DNA from: a virus
Virus record (IMG/VR): IMGVR_UViG_3300043256_000135
Span: 1-64,000 of that record
DNA: 64,000 nt
Strand: one strand, 5' to 3'
Shown: positions 44,533 through 55,281 of the stretch, piece by piece
Layout: every line of letters starts with the position of its first letter
Position numbering within the stretch: position 1 is the stretch's first letter
The notes under the pieces: model-generated
Told to the model about the DNA's origin: nothing
Databases searched by the model: none
Seen by the model: the letters and a program-made list of their open reading frames with translations, nothing else
Position numbers and translations under genes: made by a program

Positions 44533-46200
44533 TTACGTATCCCATTTCCACGCGATGTACTGATAGGCGTTCGTGTGGGTGTGGTTGTGGAAGACCAGAT
44601 AGCGGTCACCGTTGACCGTAATGTAGTCCTCACTGAAGTTGACGATCCGCGAACCGGTGCCATCATCCGACTCAACCCAGAAGACACCACGAAGCTGGCC
44701 ATAGAGCTGGTCGCTAGCGGCGTCAGGGGTGGAACTCTCTTGCTTCCGAAGCGTCAAAGGCCACAGAAAGAACTCGTCGACCGTGCCCGGAATCTTGCGG
44801 AGAACCAGCACGGTGGAGCCGCGGTCCAGCTCGAAGACGGAAAGGCTCATTTGGATTGATCCAATCGCTACGACCTTGTCGGCGGTCGCACCGATCTCAA
44901 CCCGCGGGCGACCACAGGGCGTGCAGATGATCTCCTCGAACGTGGGCGTACCACTTGCGTTGTCGTTCTGGATGTTCTTGTACACCTGCTCACCGTTGTC
45001 CCAGGCCCAGCCGCAACCGCTGCTGATCATGCGGTTCTCGGTTAGGCTGGTAACGTGGTCGCTGCCCACGGTCGGATCAATGTTGATAGCTCGGGAACTG
45101 CCGAAAGTGTAGATCGGATAGGGGGACTCGGTCTCGGTGCCGATGCGGTTCAGAAGACCAGCGTAGTGCTGGATGTAGATGCCGTTGTCCGACACTGCGG
45201 CAGCCTCATCGAGCTGCGTCAGCATAGAAAAGTGCAGGTCATCAGCCTTCATCCAAAAGTCCATCTCGTCCGTACCGGCGCCGGTGTCCTCCGAGCAGAT
45301 GATGTAAGACCCGCCGTCGGCGAACGTGGTCTCATCGGTCAGCCCCGGCGAGCGACCAGTATGGGAGGACAGATCCAGGGCGGGGTTGTGGGCAACCAAG
45401 GCCATGGACAGAACAGCGAAGCGGGTATCGAGGCCCGACGTAGCAGTGCCGGAAAGCAGGGCCGTAAACGGCTTGTTGGTCCAGCCGGCTGCGTCGCCGA
45501 CCAGCACCACGGACTTTTCATTCAGGACGCTGTTGATGCTGCGATCGTTCGTGTTCCGACCATCAACCGTCCAGCCGGTCTCAGCCAGGGTGATGTCGAC
45601 CGTGGCGCCTGTGCCTCCGCCGCCCGTGACGGCCAGTCCGGTCGTGCCGATGATGCCGGTTGATCCACCCATGGTGATCGTGCAGCCGGTGCCCGACACA
45701 CCGTTCGGGCCCACCGCGGTCGTCGCGGTCGGGTAGGACGGCAGCGAGGAGTAGACGCCACCCCCGCCGGTGCCCAGATCCTCGAACAGGCTGGCCGTGG
45801 CCACTGCGCTACCGCTCAGGGTATCGACCTGCACCTTCGCTGGACAGCGGGACGATCCCGAGTCGAACTCGATGATGTCGCCCACTGCGTAGCCGGTGCC
45901 CCCGGCACTGATAGTCACGCTGCCGTTTACACGGTCGCCGAATGCGCCATTGCTGTGGATGCGCATGGTCAGGATCTGCCCGGCGCTGACGGTCAGCACC
46001 TCGAACTTGGCGTCCAGGTGCGCGCCCGCGTGGGTCAGCTCGACGATGTCGCCGATCACGTAGGTGCCACCGGTGCCGCCGTTGTTGATCACGACGGTGG
46101 CTACGTTGCGGCTAGTGCGGAAGCTGACGATCTTGTTGATCAGGTCGTGATAGCTAGTTGCTCGGGCGGTGCCCGAGCCGACTTCGATTTGGCATGGCAT
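44533..46200 (-). CDS. Virion structural protein with Gly/Thr-rich repeats
   Basis: GGTGYxVGD repeats; G.L.GVFW...DYITVNGDRYLVF. Confidence 0.75.
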   Translation of the reverse strand: MPCQIEVGSGTARATSYHDLINKIVSFRTSRNVATVVINNGGTGGTYVIGDIVELTHAGAHLDAKFEVLTVSAGQILTMRIHSNGAFGDRVNGSVTISAGGTGYAVGDIIEFDSGSSRCPAKVQVDTLSGSAVATASLFEDLGTGGGGVYSSLPSYPTATTAVGPNGVSGTGCTITMGGSTGIIGTTGLAVTGGGGTGATVDITLAETGWTVDGRNTNDRSINSVLNEKSVVLVGDAAGWTNKPFTALLSGTATSGLDTRFAVLSMALVAHNPALDLSSHTGRSPGLTDETTFADGGSYIICSEDTGAGTDEMDFWMKADDLHFSMLTQLDEAAAVSDNGIYIQHYAGLLNRIGTETESPYPIYTFGSSRAINIDPTVGSDHVTSLTENRMISSGCGWAWDNGEQVYKNIQNDNASGTPTFEEIICTPCGRPRVEIGATADKVVAIGSIQMSLSVFELDRGSTVLVLRKIPGTVDEFFLWPLTLRKQESSTPDAASDQLYGQLRGVFWVESDDGTGSRIVNFSEDYITVNGDRYLVFHNHTHTNAYQYIAWKWDT

Positions 46201-49130
46201 TACTGGATCACCTGCTGGACTCGGTCTTTGTTACGAGCGAGGGCGTTGATGATGGCTTCGTCAGCGCCACCGTCATTGATTGCGTTGGGAACATCGTCTT
46301 CACTCTGCACGTTCACGATCTGGATGTTGGGCGCGGGAGCCTGAGGCGCATCCTTGGCGTTCGGCACAATGGTGCCCGCGCGGTCTGGCACGAACAGCTC
46401 CGGTCCGTTTTCGCCGACGATGAAGCTACGATTGGCTTGGACTGGTCCACCCTCTTGCTTTCCAGGGAAGGGAAAAGGTCCCTGCCCAAAGGCTCGGCCG
46501 CTGGGGCCAAACACAGCACTGATGGCCTGCACGACCAATAGTCGTGCGAGGATGCGACCCAAGTCCGCAATAATTGATTTAGCAAGATCCTTGAACGAGA
46601 GTTTACCTTTCTCATTCAACTGCGCCAGTGCATCCGTGATGCTGTCCGCGAATACGTTTGCAACCTTTTCGCCGACAGAGGCCAGATCCTCGGCCTCTTG
46701 CTTCATCTTGATGAACGCTCGGGTGAACCCTTCTCCCAGCTCATTGCTAGCTTCCAAGCCCTTCAACTTTACGTTTTCCAGTTCCTTCGCTAGCTCTGCG
46801 GCACTTAGGCGGCCCTGATCAAACAAGGTCCGAAGCAAGTTCACCTGATCGTTCAATGCCTGCTGCGACTTGATGCGCCGTTCCAGACGATCCAGTTGGC
46901 GTTCTTCTTTCTGGTGTTGACGTGCTAGCTCGCGCTCAAGCTCGATTTCTTTCCTTGTCTCAGTATTTAGCCGCCGCTTTCCGTTGATAACCCTATTGAT
47001 TCGATTTTCGACATTCTTGGTAATCTTCTCGCCTTCTTCGCGCAGTTTATTCTCCAACTCCATCTTGTCGGCAACTGTATCACCAATCTTGGCGCGCAGC
47101 TCCAGTGCCGTAAGTTCCTTCTCCAAGATCTCAAGGCTATTCAGCTGACCCTCTAGCGCGGTAGGCACCAAGGCGTCCTGCATCGCCTGAAGTTCTATGT
47201 TGAACGCTTCTTGGCTGATGACGGTATCATCAAGCAAGCTCTTCAGTGCTGTCAACTCTTCATTGAACTTTTTCTGTGGACCAGTGATTCTTTCGAAAAT
47301 ACGCTGTCTCACTGCCAACTTCGTATTCCCCTCAATCAAGAGACGGATTCGTTCTTTCTCTTTAGGGGTAGGTAACGCCTCTTCTGCTTCTATTCGCTGA
47401 ATTTGTTCGTCAAATTTGATCCGAATCTTATCTTCTTGTGTCAATGCTGCCAGCGCATCCCGACGCCGCTCCAACCTAGCGATAGCGGCCTCAGTGATAT
47501 CGGCGCCTCGCCGCTCACGGTCGTTTGCTTCCCTCTGCGCGGCGGTCACCTCCTGGGTGACATTTTTCTGAGCCTCTAGTCGTTTCTCCAGCTCTGCAAG
47601 TCTCGCAATTTGTGCGTCAGTTGCCTTCCCATCCTTGCCCTGACCGACTGCATTGATGCGGCTTTGTCGTGCTATGTCACGCATCAGTGTCAACTGTGCG
47701 GTGAATTCCTTGTTGACGAACTTTGAGTCCTCCTCAGTTCTGTTGAGAATCTCGCCCAGCTCTTTCATGTTCGCGTTGTATTGCTGGACTGCGCGCACGA
47801 GTGGAATCATGGCTGCTCCTACAGCCAGGAAGGGCCCAACGGCCATTGCACCACCGATAGAAGCCCTCAGGGCGACGAATGATGTTTGGGTCGCAAATAC
47901 TTGAGCCCGAAGTGCAACCAAGGAAGCGACGGCTTTCGGGATGGCGGTTACCAGGAGTACGTTGAAGGCTGCGATCAGCTTTCCAAGTCCCCCAAGGGCC
48001 AAAGCCACCAGAGCGACCTGGAGCAAATCTGCGTTTCTTGCGACAAGCCTAAACAGGTCAGTGAGTGTATCCAGGAATGCAATCGCCACGGGAGACGCGA
48101 ACACCTCACCGACGGCAAGGTTGAAGCCCTCAAGTGCGGACTTCGCGCGGAACAATGCCCCACTCAGGGTCTGATCCATGATCTCTGCGACCCGCTTTGC
48201 CTCACCACCGGAATCCTTTAGGGCCTTGTTCAGCTTGCGGATCTTCGGAATGTTATCCACCAGCACGGCGAAGGCCGGGCCACCACGTTGGCCGAACACC
48301 TCCAGGGCGTCGCCGGTATCGAAGCCGGCCAGCTTCAAGGTTTCGAGAGCATCTGTCAGGCTCACAACCGTCGGATCCACTTTCGAAAGCTGGATCTCGG
48401 CGGCGTTTAGAATGTCAGTCAGTTCACGCCCCGGGCTCGCCAGCTCGGCCAGGACCCGGCGCAGGCCGGTGCCGGCCAGGGTGCCCTTCAGGCCGGCGTC
48501 GGACAACGCGCCCAAGGCTGCGTTGGTGATCTCAAGCGTCTGACCCAGCCCCTTGGCAATGGGCGCCACGAACTTCAGAGCCTGCCCCAATTGGGACACG
48601 TTGGTATTGGCACTGTTCGCGGTCTCCGTCAACACGTCGGTGACGCGAGCAGTCTCTCGGGCTTGCAGCCCAAAGCCTCGCAAGGTGCTGGCAGTAATGT
48701 CGGCGGCCTCTGCCATCGCCAGCCCGCCCGCCTGGGCCAGGAGCAGGGTCTGCCCCACGGCCTCCATGGTCTCGGCCACGCTGAAGCCCGCTCGGGCCAA
48801 CAGAACCATGGCGTCCGCGGCCTGGGTAGCCGAGAATCTGGTGGTAATGCCCAACTCTTGGGCACGGTCTCGAAGCACTTCGAACTCACCGGCCGTGGCC
48901 TTGGTCACCGCTCGGACGACAGCGATGGACTCCTCGAACTTGGCCATGTTCCGAATGGCGCCGAAGATGATGGCTCCACCGGCTAGGGCCGCAAACGTGA
49001 GCCCGAGGCTCTTCCGCACCCGGGCGGCCTGGGCCTCGATCTTCGTCAACTGACGAGAAATCGGCCGCGTGCCCAAGGGCACCCGGCTCGGGTCGACGAC
49101 GACCTGGATCCTAAATGTCTGCTCGGCCAC
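46200..49130 (-). CDS. Tail tape measure protein
   Basis: TP901-type core (FSATQAADAM..LARAG), coiled coil, GENGPELF. Confidence 0.93.
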   Translation of the reverse strand: MAEQTFRIQVVVDPSRVPLGTRPISRQLTKIEAQAARVRKSLGLTFAALAGGAIIFGAIRNMAKFEESIAVVRAVTKATAGEFEVLRDRAQELGITTRFSATQAADAMVLLARAGFSVAETMEAVGQTLLLAQAGGLAMAEAADITASTLRGFGLQARETARVTDVLTETANSANTNVSQLGQALKFVAPIAKGLGQTLEITNAALGALSDAGLKGTLAGTGLRRVLAELASPGRELTDILNAAEIQLSKVDPTVVSLTDALETLKLAGFDTGDALEVFGQRGGPAFAVLVDNIPKIRKLNKALKDSGGEAKRVAEIMDQTLSGALFRAKSALEGFNLAVGEVFASPVAIAFLDTLTDLFRLVARNADLLQVALVALALGGLGKLIAAFNVLLVTAIPKAVASLVALRAQVFATQTSFVALRASIGGAMAVGPFLAVGAAMIPLVRAVQQYNANMKELGEILNRTEEDSKFVNKEFTAQLTLMRDIARQSRINAVGQGKDGKATDAQIARLAELEKRLEAQKNVTQEVTAAQREANDRERRGADITEAAIARLERRRDALAALTQEDKIRIKFDEQIQRIEAEEALPTPKEKERIRLLIEGNTKLAVRQRIFERITGPQKKFNEELTALKSLLDDTVISQEAFNIELQAMQDALVPTALEGQLNSLEILEKELTALELRAKIGDTVADKMELENKLREEGEKITKNVENRINRVINGKRRLNTETRKEIELERELARQHQKEERQLDRLERRIKSQQALNDQVNLLRTLFDQGRLSAAELAKELENVKLKGLEASNELGEGFTRAFIKMKQEAEDLASVGEKVANVFADSITDALAQLNEKGKLSFKDLAKSIIADLGRILARLLVVQAISAVFGPSGRAFGQGPFPFPGKQEGGPVQANRSFIVGENGPELFVPDRAGTIVPNAKDAPQAPAPNIQIVNVQSEDDVPNAINDGGADEAIINALARNKDRVQQVIQ

Positions 49131-49136
49131 TTGGAA

Positions 49137-49960
49137 CTATTTCTTTTTTTTTCCTGCTTGCGCGAGGCGAGTGGCCTGCTGGTCGCGCGACCACTTCAAA
49201 TATGCCTCATCCATCTCACGAAGCACGTGTTCGAAGACGCTACACATAGTATAATCCAGGCCCTTCTTTTCTCCATACAAAACGATTTTCGACCATGGGA
49301 TCGGGCCGATGGCGGTACCGAAGTACCGCTCGCTGGAGAGAGCGTCGAACGCTAGCAGATAGAGTTCATCCCCGCGCACCAGCGGGGGCTCCTCTTCGAT
49401 GAACTTCTGGGCGCGGCCTCCGGTACCCCGGGCCTTTTGGTACTGGCCCGACTCTGACGCCCAGCCATCGCGCTGGTGAGTCAGTTCGTAGATGAGCCGC
49501 GCGGTTAGTTTCCCGCCAGCTCGTCGGCGTCAGGCGCCGGGATCTCGTCATCGGCGTAGAACCGCGAAGGTGTGCTCGCTTCATTGCGCACGTCATCCAT
49601 CAGCTCCAGGGGCAGCTGGTGGCATAGCTTCTGTGCGTTCTCTCGGGTAAAGGGCACGTGGCCGTTCTCGTCCAAGCCTTCGCCGTCGCCTTCGACGTTC
49701 TCCCAGCCCTTGATCACGTACCGGGGATACAGCACGCGGTCCTCATCGCGAGCCATGTCGATGTCAGCCGCCGTGACGGACTTCGACTTGAGGAGTTGGC
49801 GTTGACGCTGGCCACTCATTTTCAGCATCGCATTGTAGTACTGCGAGTTGCATTCGAGGGCGGGGGCCAGGAGCAGGACAGCCTTGGCGCCCAGGGCGGG
49901 CATAGAGAATCTCGTGACGGAGTTGCCGGAGAGGGTATACTTGTCCAGGTTCTTGAACAT
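49137..49960 (-). CDS. Tail assembly chaperone pair; gpG 49505..49960 and gpGT via -1 frameshift
   Basis: G GGA AAC slippery site at 49508-49514 just before the stop; -1 frame open to 49137. Confidence 0.85.
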
Positions 49961-49984
49961 CGGTTCGGGTCCTTGTGTTACGGG

Positions 49985-51574
49985 TTAGGCGGTCGGCACG
50001 CGAGGGAAGAGGCTGATGCCTAGCGACACGTTCGGGATGGTCCCGTCCGGATCGTTGAATGCTTCGCCAGTGACGTTGACTAACACGGACTGATCTACCG
50101 GGTATTCCCGGTCTCCACCGCCGAAGGTCAGCGCCGGAAGATCGAGCGCCAGGGCGCCGTCTTCATTGTCCAGGATGGCTGCGAACGTCACTGTGGTATT
50201 CGCCTTGATGGCGTCAACAATCTCCGAGTTGGTGAAGAGCATCTGGCCTTCCAGGTTTACCTCGAATAGGCCGGCGTTCACAAAGGAAGCGCCCAGTGTA
50301 CCCAGGCAGTTCTCGGGGGTCACATTGTTGCGGATGGTCAGCGTCAGGCTCTTGAAGCATACATCCGACGCCAGGGTGATGAGGTCGGTCGTTAGGCTAA
50401 CAATGTCGCTGGCCGTATTCAGTGCAACGGTTCGCAGTGGGCTGACACCCGCGTCCGCATCGGTCTTCCGCGTGGTCGTAATGTCATCGGCATTGGTGCC
50501 GATGAAGCCCCAGGTAGCAACAGCCTTGTCGTTCAGCGGCAGGCTCAGGGCCAGCTCATTCGCGAAGTTGCCGATTGCGTACTCGTACTCATCGGTGCCA
50601 GCTCCGCCCAGGTCGGGGAAGACAGCCTCGAACTGGTAGCTGCGCTCCAGGTAGCGGCTGTCATCCGCATCCGCGGTCACTGCAACGTTGCGCAGGAAGC
50701 GGCCGAACAGGATGTCACAATCGCCTTCGCCCGTGTTATCGGCGCTTGCGCCGAGATTGGAATCCAGCTTGTCCAGGTTCAGCGTGGCAGTGCTGATGCT
50801 AGTGATGCGCGCATAACCGTAGGTGTCTTCCGACGCCGAGGCTTTCAAAGCGTTGATCACAGCACCCGCACTAGATGCTCCACCTATGTGGATAAACTGT
50901 CCAGGCAGCAGGCCCAGGACGGTCCAGTCGGCCACGTCCGCGGCCGAGACCAGCGTGGCGGTCGAACCGGACTTCGTGAACGTTAGGTCGGTATCACCGA
51001 TTCGAATGCCGGCCACTTGCAGACTTGCGCTGGTAGCGGGCGTTTCAGTTACTAGAGTACTTGCGACCTGAATGGTCGTATCAGTCGAGGCTACGTCAGC
51101 ATTCAGTTCGTGGATATCGTTGTTCGCGGCATTGGTATAGCCCTTGGCATAAACCAGGCTTCGGCCAGCTGCGGCGACAAATACCATTTTGGCGGCAAGT
51201 CCAACGCTAACGCTGTCTACGGTGAAGTCATCCGTGGTCCCGACGGCCGGCGGCGGGATCGTGCCCGTACCGTCCTTTAGGTCGAACCCAACATTGGCAT
51301 ACTCAGCGAAGACAAAGCCTTCGGCGAAGTCTTCAAAGGACTCCATCGTGAGATCGGCCTCGAACTCTACCGCGCTCTCCAGGTTGACCACGGTGCCCTT
51401 CTTGCGACCTCGCTGGATAGCGATAGGACGACGTGCGACAGTCGTGATGGAGGCACCGTATGCGCTGATGGTATTCGGCTCCAGCAGGAACCACAGCGGA
51501 GAACCCGGCAGGACACCGATCGAGGTTTCGACCGTGTACTGCAAGACCACGTTGTTCGTAAGCACTCTCGCCAT
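49985..51574 (-). CDS. Major tail tube protein
   Basis: 529 aa upstream of chaperones; phage_tube_2-like termini. Confidence 0.85.
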   Translation of the reverse strand: MARVLTNNVVLQYTVETSIGVLPGSPLWFLLEPNTISAYGASITTVARRPIAIQRGRKKGTVVNLESAVEFEADLTMESFEDFAEGFVFAEYANVGFDLKDGTGTIPPPAVGTTDDFTVDSVSVGLAAKMVFVAAAGRSLVYAKGYTNAANNDIHELNADVASTDTTIQVASTLVTETPATSASLQVAGIRIGDTDLTFTKSGSTATLVSAADVADWTVLGLLPGQFIHIGGASSAGAVINALKASASEDTYGYARITSISTATLNLDKLDSNLGASADNTGEGDCDILFGRFLRNVAVTADADDSRYLERSYQFEAVFPDLGGAGTDEYEYAIGNFANELALSLPLNDKAVATWGFIGTNADDITTTRKTDADAGVSPLRTVALNTASDIVSLTTDLITLASDVCFKSLTLTIRNNVTPENCLGTLGASFVNAGLFEVNLEGQMLFTNSEIVDAIKANTTVTFAAILDNEDGALALDLPALTFGGGDREYPVDQSVLVNVTGEAFNDPDGTIPNVSLGISLFPRVPTA

Positions 51575-51594
51575 GACTAATTACTCCGTTGCCA

Positions 51595-51631
51595 ATTCAG
51601 CTTGGCTTTCTGCTCGTCAGCCTTCATTTCA
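51595..51631 (-). promoter_or_regulatory. Candidate late promoter CAGAAAGCC-N3-CTGAAT
   Basis: Shared with 57622-57653. Confidence 0.45.
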
Positions 51632-52031
51632 GCTCAGTGTATGAAAAGAAACATTCCACATTGATCTGGTAGAAATCATCGCCCGCCCCGATTTCAATCG
51701 GAGCCGCAGCTGTGAATCGGACGCCCGTGAGGGTCTTTCCTTCGAAAATACCCATGGCGACTTGCGCTAGAGTATCGGCCCCTTCGGCCCCATCTTCAAG
51801 GGGCGAGAAACACTGGATGATGGCCGTGCCCACGGATTCGAACTTCCGAAGGCCCACGCCGCCCAGGGACTCCTGGGCCCTTCCGGCGTGCCGGACCACC
51901 AGGCGGGCCCAGGCTTCAAGTTCCGGAGGATCGAAGTGCTCATTGTCCAGGGTCAGATGTGCCGTATCAAGCCCTGCGTCGGCTAGGTAGGCCGTATAGA
52001 TGATTCCGCGCGCTTCGTTGAGAGTCGTCAT
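51624..52031 (-). CDS. Tail terminator
   Basis: DN..FDPP...WARL...G...IQ.F.P...G pattern. Confidence 0.8.
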   Translation of the reverse strand: MTTLNEARGIIYTAYLADAGLDTAHLTLDNEHFDPPELEAWARLVVRHAGRAQESLGGVGLRKFESVGTAIIQCFSPLEDGAEGADTLAQVAMGIFEGKTLTGVRFTAAAPIEIGAGDDFYQINVECFFSYTELK

Positions 52032-52441
52032 CTGCCTACCAAATCAACCCGAATGGCCTTGATAATGCCCCGGCGGATGAAGCCCGCGGGGGCCTGTTTG
52101 CTGCTCCCGGCATCTAGTTTGAGGATGTAAGGGACGTTGTTCGTAATGTGGACGGGTCCCCGGGCCAGCTTGTATTCTGTCACCACCTGGGCGACCCCTG
52201 CCGCACTGGCGCCCGACAGTTGGCCGGCCTCCGCTTGGGCCCGGGTGCCCGCCGTCTGATCCAAGGCGCTGCCGATGTTGGGCACCCAGTTGGCTCGGGC
52301 CCAACCGGTGAGCACTGGGGTGCCGCCTTCACTGGGAGCCGCTTGGAGGTTGGCGACGATATCCAGGACCAGCTTTTTGATAATCTGCTCGACGAACCGA
52401 TTCAGGCCCGCAATCACTACGCGCACACGCCGGCTGACCAC
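52028..52441 (-). CDS. HK97 gp10-like tail completion protein
   Basis: TPV.TG.ARANW, ITNNVPY..L..G.S.QAP.G. Confidence 0.85.
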   Translation of the reverse strand: MVSRRVRVVIAGLNRFVEQIIKKLVLDIVANLQAAPSEGGTPVLTGWARANWVPNIGSALDQTAGTRAQAEAGQLSGASAAGVAQVVTEYKLARGPVHITNNVPYILKLDAGSSKQAPAGFIRRGIIKAIRVDLVGR

Positions 52442-52936
52442 TCACTCTAGCTCCGCTGCTTTTGCAGCTACGCGCTTCTCCCGCGCTTTACGATTGCGCT
52501 CCACGCGCTTGGCTTCGGCCTTCTTGTCCGCCGCGCGCTTCTCCCGCGCCTTGCGGTTGCGGTCTTCGCGCGCTTGATCCTTCTCGACCTGATCCCATGC
52601 TTTCTCGGCGGGGACGTTGGGTTCGATCACCTCGTCGATCAGCTTCTCAACGGTATCGAGGCCGGCTTCCTCCTGCTCCAGGACGGCGACAGGGGCCTCG
52701 CTGCGCGTCTGCAACGCTAGCCGGCGCTGCGCCTCAACCGGCTTGAAGTCGGCCTGCTCTAGAGTGCCGTTCTCGAACCACCGGCGAAGACGGTTCAGGC
52801 CCAGCTTCTCGCGCTGTGCCTGTGAGATGATCTCGCCGGGCAGGACAAAAGGCTTCTTGGGGTCGTCGCCCATACGGAGGCGGCGTTTCGCGACAAGATC
52901 CGCTGTGGGATCCCAGTGTTGTTTCCAGTGTCTCAT
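52442..52936 (-). CDS. Hypothetical protein with repeated basic tail
   Basis: RNRKAREKR x2. Confidence 0.7.
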   Translation of the reverse strand: MRHWKQHWDPTADLVAKRRLRMGDDPKKPFVLPGEIISQAQREKLGLNRLRRWFENGTLEQADFKPVEAQRRLALQTRSEAPVAVLEQEEAGLDTVEKLIDEVIEPNVPAEKAWDQVEKDQAREDRNRKAREKRAADKKAEAKRVERNRKAREKRVAAKAAELE

Positions 52937-52945
52937 GATGCGGGT

Positions 52946-53515
52946 TTAGCTGATTCCGTTGCCCATGTCGATGACGTAGAAGTCGATAGTGCCGGCCGCC
53001 GTCACCGTGTCGTCGACTGTTACCGGAGTCGGCAGGCCGATGTTCAGGTACATCTTATTCGTGGCCGAGTCGGCCAACTGCTTCGGGAAGGTCGCGGTCG
53101 ACTGTCCCAAGACGTTGACTTGCAGCGCCGGGGTGAGATCACTCGCGTCCAGGTCCTGCTTTTCCAGGTAGTCGATCATGGTCGTGGCGAGCGTCTGAGC
53201 CGAAGCCGCCGCGGAGCCGATGCCCACGTCCAGGTCGGTGGCCGCAACGATGCCCGTAGCGGTGTTGCCCTTGGTCAGCTCCAGGTCAACTTCCATGCCG
53301 AGGATGTGCAGGTTCCGGTCTGGCCACGTCAGCAGCTGAACGCTACCATAGTCGAGGGCGGCCGTGATGGTGACCACTTGGGCCGTCAGCTTCAGCGTCA
53401 CCTTCTGGGCTGTTACCAGCTGGTAGTCAACGCCATTGGTGGAAAATGGAACGACGAGGGGAGAACCGTCACGCAGTTGGCTAGAACGGCCCTGTTGTCT
53501 GGTCTTGAAACTCAT
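52946..53515 (-). CDS. Virion decoration protein (paralog of 56867..57595)
   Basis: Shared TAAxDYG motif. Confidence 0.7.
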   Translation of the reverse strand: MSFKTRQQGRSSQLRDGSPLVVPFSTNGVDYQLVTAQKVTLKLTAQVVTITAALDYGSVQLLTWPDRNLHILGMEVDLELTKGNTATGIVAATDLDVGIGSAAASAQTLATTMIDYLEKQDLDASDLTPALQVNVLGQSTATFPKQLADSATNKMYLNIGLPTPVTVDDTVTAAGTIDFYVIDMGNGIS

Positions 53516-53530
53516 TGGATCAGTGTAGGG

Positions 53531-53791
53531 TTAGGGCTTACGCAAGTAGAGAGCGACAAGTAGGGCTTGATCTGCAACGGTAGTACCTGTCGCTTCAATT
53601 CGAACATGCCTCAGTGGCAGCAAAGTACCGGCAGTCACAGTGACCGGAACCTGCGTGGTATCTGGCCGGATCAACTGAACGATGCCCGCTTCTGGACACC
53701 AAAGAGCGTCAGCTTCACCACCCGCGTGCGCGGTATCCGATACGTTTACAGCGTAGTGGCCATAAATCTGGGTGTTTACAACGCTCGTCAT
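53531..53791 (-). CDS. Head spike base-like protein (Rcc01079-like)
   Basis: AL.....G.........V.AG.LLPL...RI.ATGTT. Confidence 0.65.
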   Translation of the reverse strand: MTSVVNTQIYGHYAVNVSDTAHAGGEADALWCPEAGIVQLIRPDTTQVPVTVTAGTLLPLRHVRIEATGTTVADQALLVALYLRKP

Positions 53792-53816
53792 GATGTTCGC
53801 CAGGGGTAAATGGGGT

Positions 53817-53838
53817 GGCCCGGCTATAGCTCCGGGCC
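53817..53838 (-). terminator. GC hairpin after major capsid gene
   Basis: GGCCCGG/CCGGGCC stem, weak U tract. Confidence 0.35.
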
Positions 53839-53844
53839 TTACGA

Positions 53845-54840
53845 TCAGTTGACGATCGTGATGTAGAACTGACCGAGGTCGGCCGAGACCAGCTTCTGGT
53901 CGAAGGCCATCTGGATCTCGATCATGTCGGACTCACGCTTCTCGTCGCGGATGCGCTTCACGCGCATGCCGAGAGCACCGGCGCCCAAGAGGCCGGTCCA
54001 AGAGAAGGTGTATCCGGCGCTCGGGACGTAGAGCCCGGGGCTCGGCGCGGAGTAGACCAGCAGAGCGGACTTGCCGCCGATGAGGTCGATGCTGTCCGCA
54101 GCACCTTCAGTTGCCGAGTTGACGACCGAGTCCATGACCAGAACCTCTTCCAGCTCGAAGAGGGCGGCCAAGTTCTGGCGCATGACGATGGCGGGGCCAT
54201 TCGTCTGTCCACGGTCCAAGCGCCCGACGATGTCGGGGTGATCCAACAGAGCGTCGTAAACCTCGCGGCCCACGACCATCTTGTTGGGCCTGAAGCCCGT
54301 GCGTGCCTGCACCCGACGCTTACCGGCGCGAACGTCCTCAATCGGGGTCGAGTCCGCGCGGTCCCAGCGGCCTACCTCATTGGTAGACGGGGACGCGGAG
54401 TCAACACCGGTCTGGTCGGTCGTCCAGAGGCCGCTTCCGAAGAAGTCGGTGACCCACTGGAGTTCCTTCCGGATCATGCCCGCCTGAGACAGCCCTTCGG
54501 TCATCTCGCGGTCGGCCTGGAGCGGGGAATCGTAGTTCGCCCGGACCTGATCGGCCAGCATCTCGTGCAGTGCCCACACATCGCAGGCGTAGCTGTCCGT
54601 GCTTACCTCGTGGGTGCGCTGAGCGGACAGGGCGCCGGGGGCGCGCTTTTTCATCTCGTCACGGAACCAAGCTCCGCGAGGGATGGTGAAGTACTTGTCA
54701 GTCTGCTTTGCGACGGACAAGACAGGGAAGACCCGATCAGCGATGAATGCCTCGGGGTTCTGAGCGAACGCGATTGCGATCGTGGTCAGTGGCCGATCGA
54801 CATGAACGTCACCGCGACCCGGCTGGTTGATAGGTGCCAT
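53845..54840 (-). CDS. Major capsid protein
   Basis: HVDRPLT.IA.A......FIAD.VFP; PN.MV.G..V..AL..HP; follows decoration and scaffold genes. Confidence 0.9.
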   Translation of the reverse strand: MAPINQPGRGDVHVDRPLTTIAIAFAQNPEAFIADRVFPVLSVAKQTDKYFTIPRGAWFRDEMKKRAPGALSAQRTHEVSTDSYACDVWALHEMLADQVRANYDSPLQADREMTEGLSQAGMIRKELQWVTDFFGSGLWTTDQTGVDSASPSTNEVGRWDRADSTPIEDVRAGKRRVQARTGFRPNKMVVGREVYDALLDHPDIVGRLDRGQTNGPAIVMRQNLAALFELEEVLVMDSVVNSATEGAADSIDLIGGKSALLVYSAPSPGLYVPSAGYTFSWTGLLGAGALGMRVKRIRDEKRESDMIEIQMAFDQKLVSADLGQFYITIVN

Positions 54841-54870
54841 GTTTCTGTTTCCTTAGGGGGTTGGGGTGAT

Positions 54871-55263
54871 TTACACTTGGCGTCCGGCCACGTGCAGGAG
54901 GATGCTGATGATGTCGCCATCAGCAGCAGCGGCTTCGAGTGCTCGGCCGTGACTGTACTTGCTTGCGCCGACAGTATTGGCTACCAGGGCCTTGCCCGTG
55001 GATCCTTGAGCACCGACAAGGTCGCCGACGGAGATTGCTTCTGCGGCTTCGATCTTCATGATCGCAGGCTGTCCACAGGGGGCCATCGCAAACAGGTCGC
55101 CATCAGCGGCTGCGGCTTCGGCGCTAACGCCTTCGGCCAGGAAGTCGTCCGTGCCGACGCCTACATCGTACTTGCCGTCGGACTGGAGAGAGACAAACCG
55201 GTAGATCGCAATTGCTTCGCCGGCCGTCGCGGAAAGAGTCTGGAGATTCTCGGCAGTTGCCAT
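54871..55263 (-). CDS. Capsid cement/decoration protein (DUF2190-like)
   Basis: GRALEAAAADGDIIS. Confidence 0.8.
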   Translation of the reverse strand: MATAENLQTLSATAGEAIAIYRFVSLQSDGKYDVGVGTDDFLAEGVSAEAAAADGDLFAMAPCGQPAIMKIEAAEAISVGDLVGAQGSTGKALVANTVGASKYSHGRALEAAAADGDIISILLHVAGRQV

Positions 55264-55281
55264 TTTCTTTTCCTCGGTAGA

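Noticed and set aside
46550-47450. AT-richer middle of the tape measure gene as a foreign insertion
   Set aside because: Frame is continuous and the Glu/Lys-rich coiled coil can explain the composition; not quantifiable by eye
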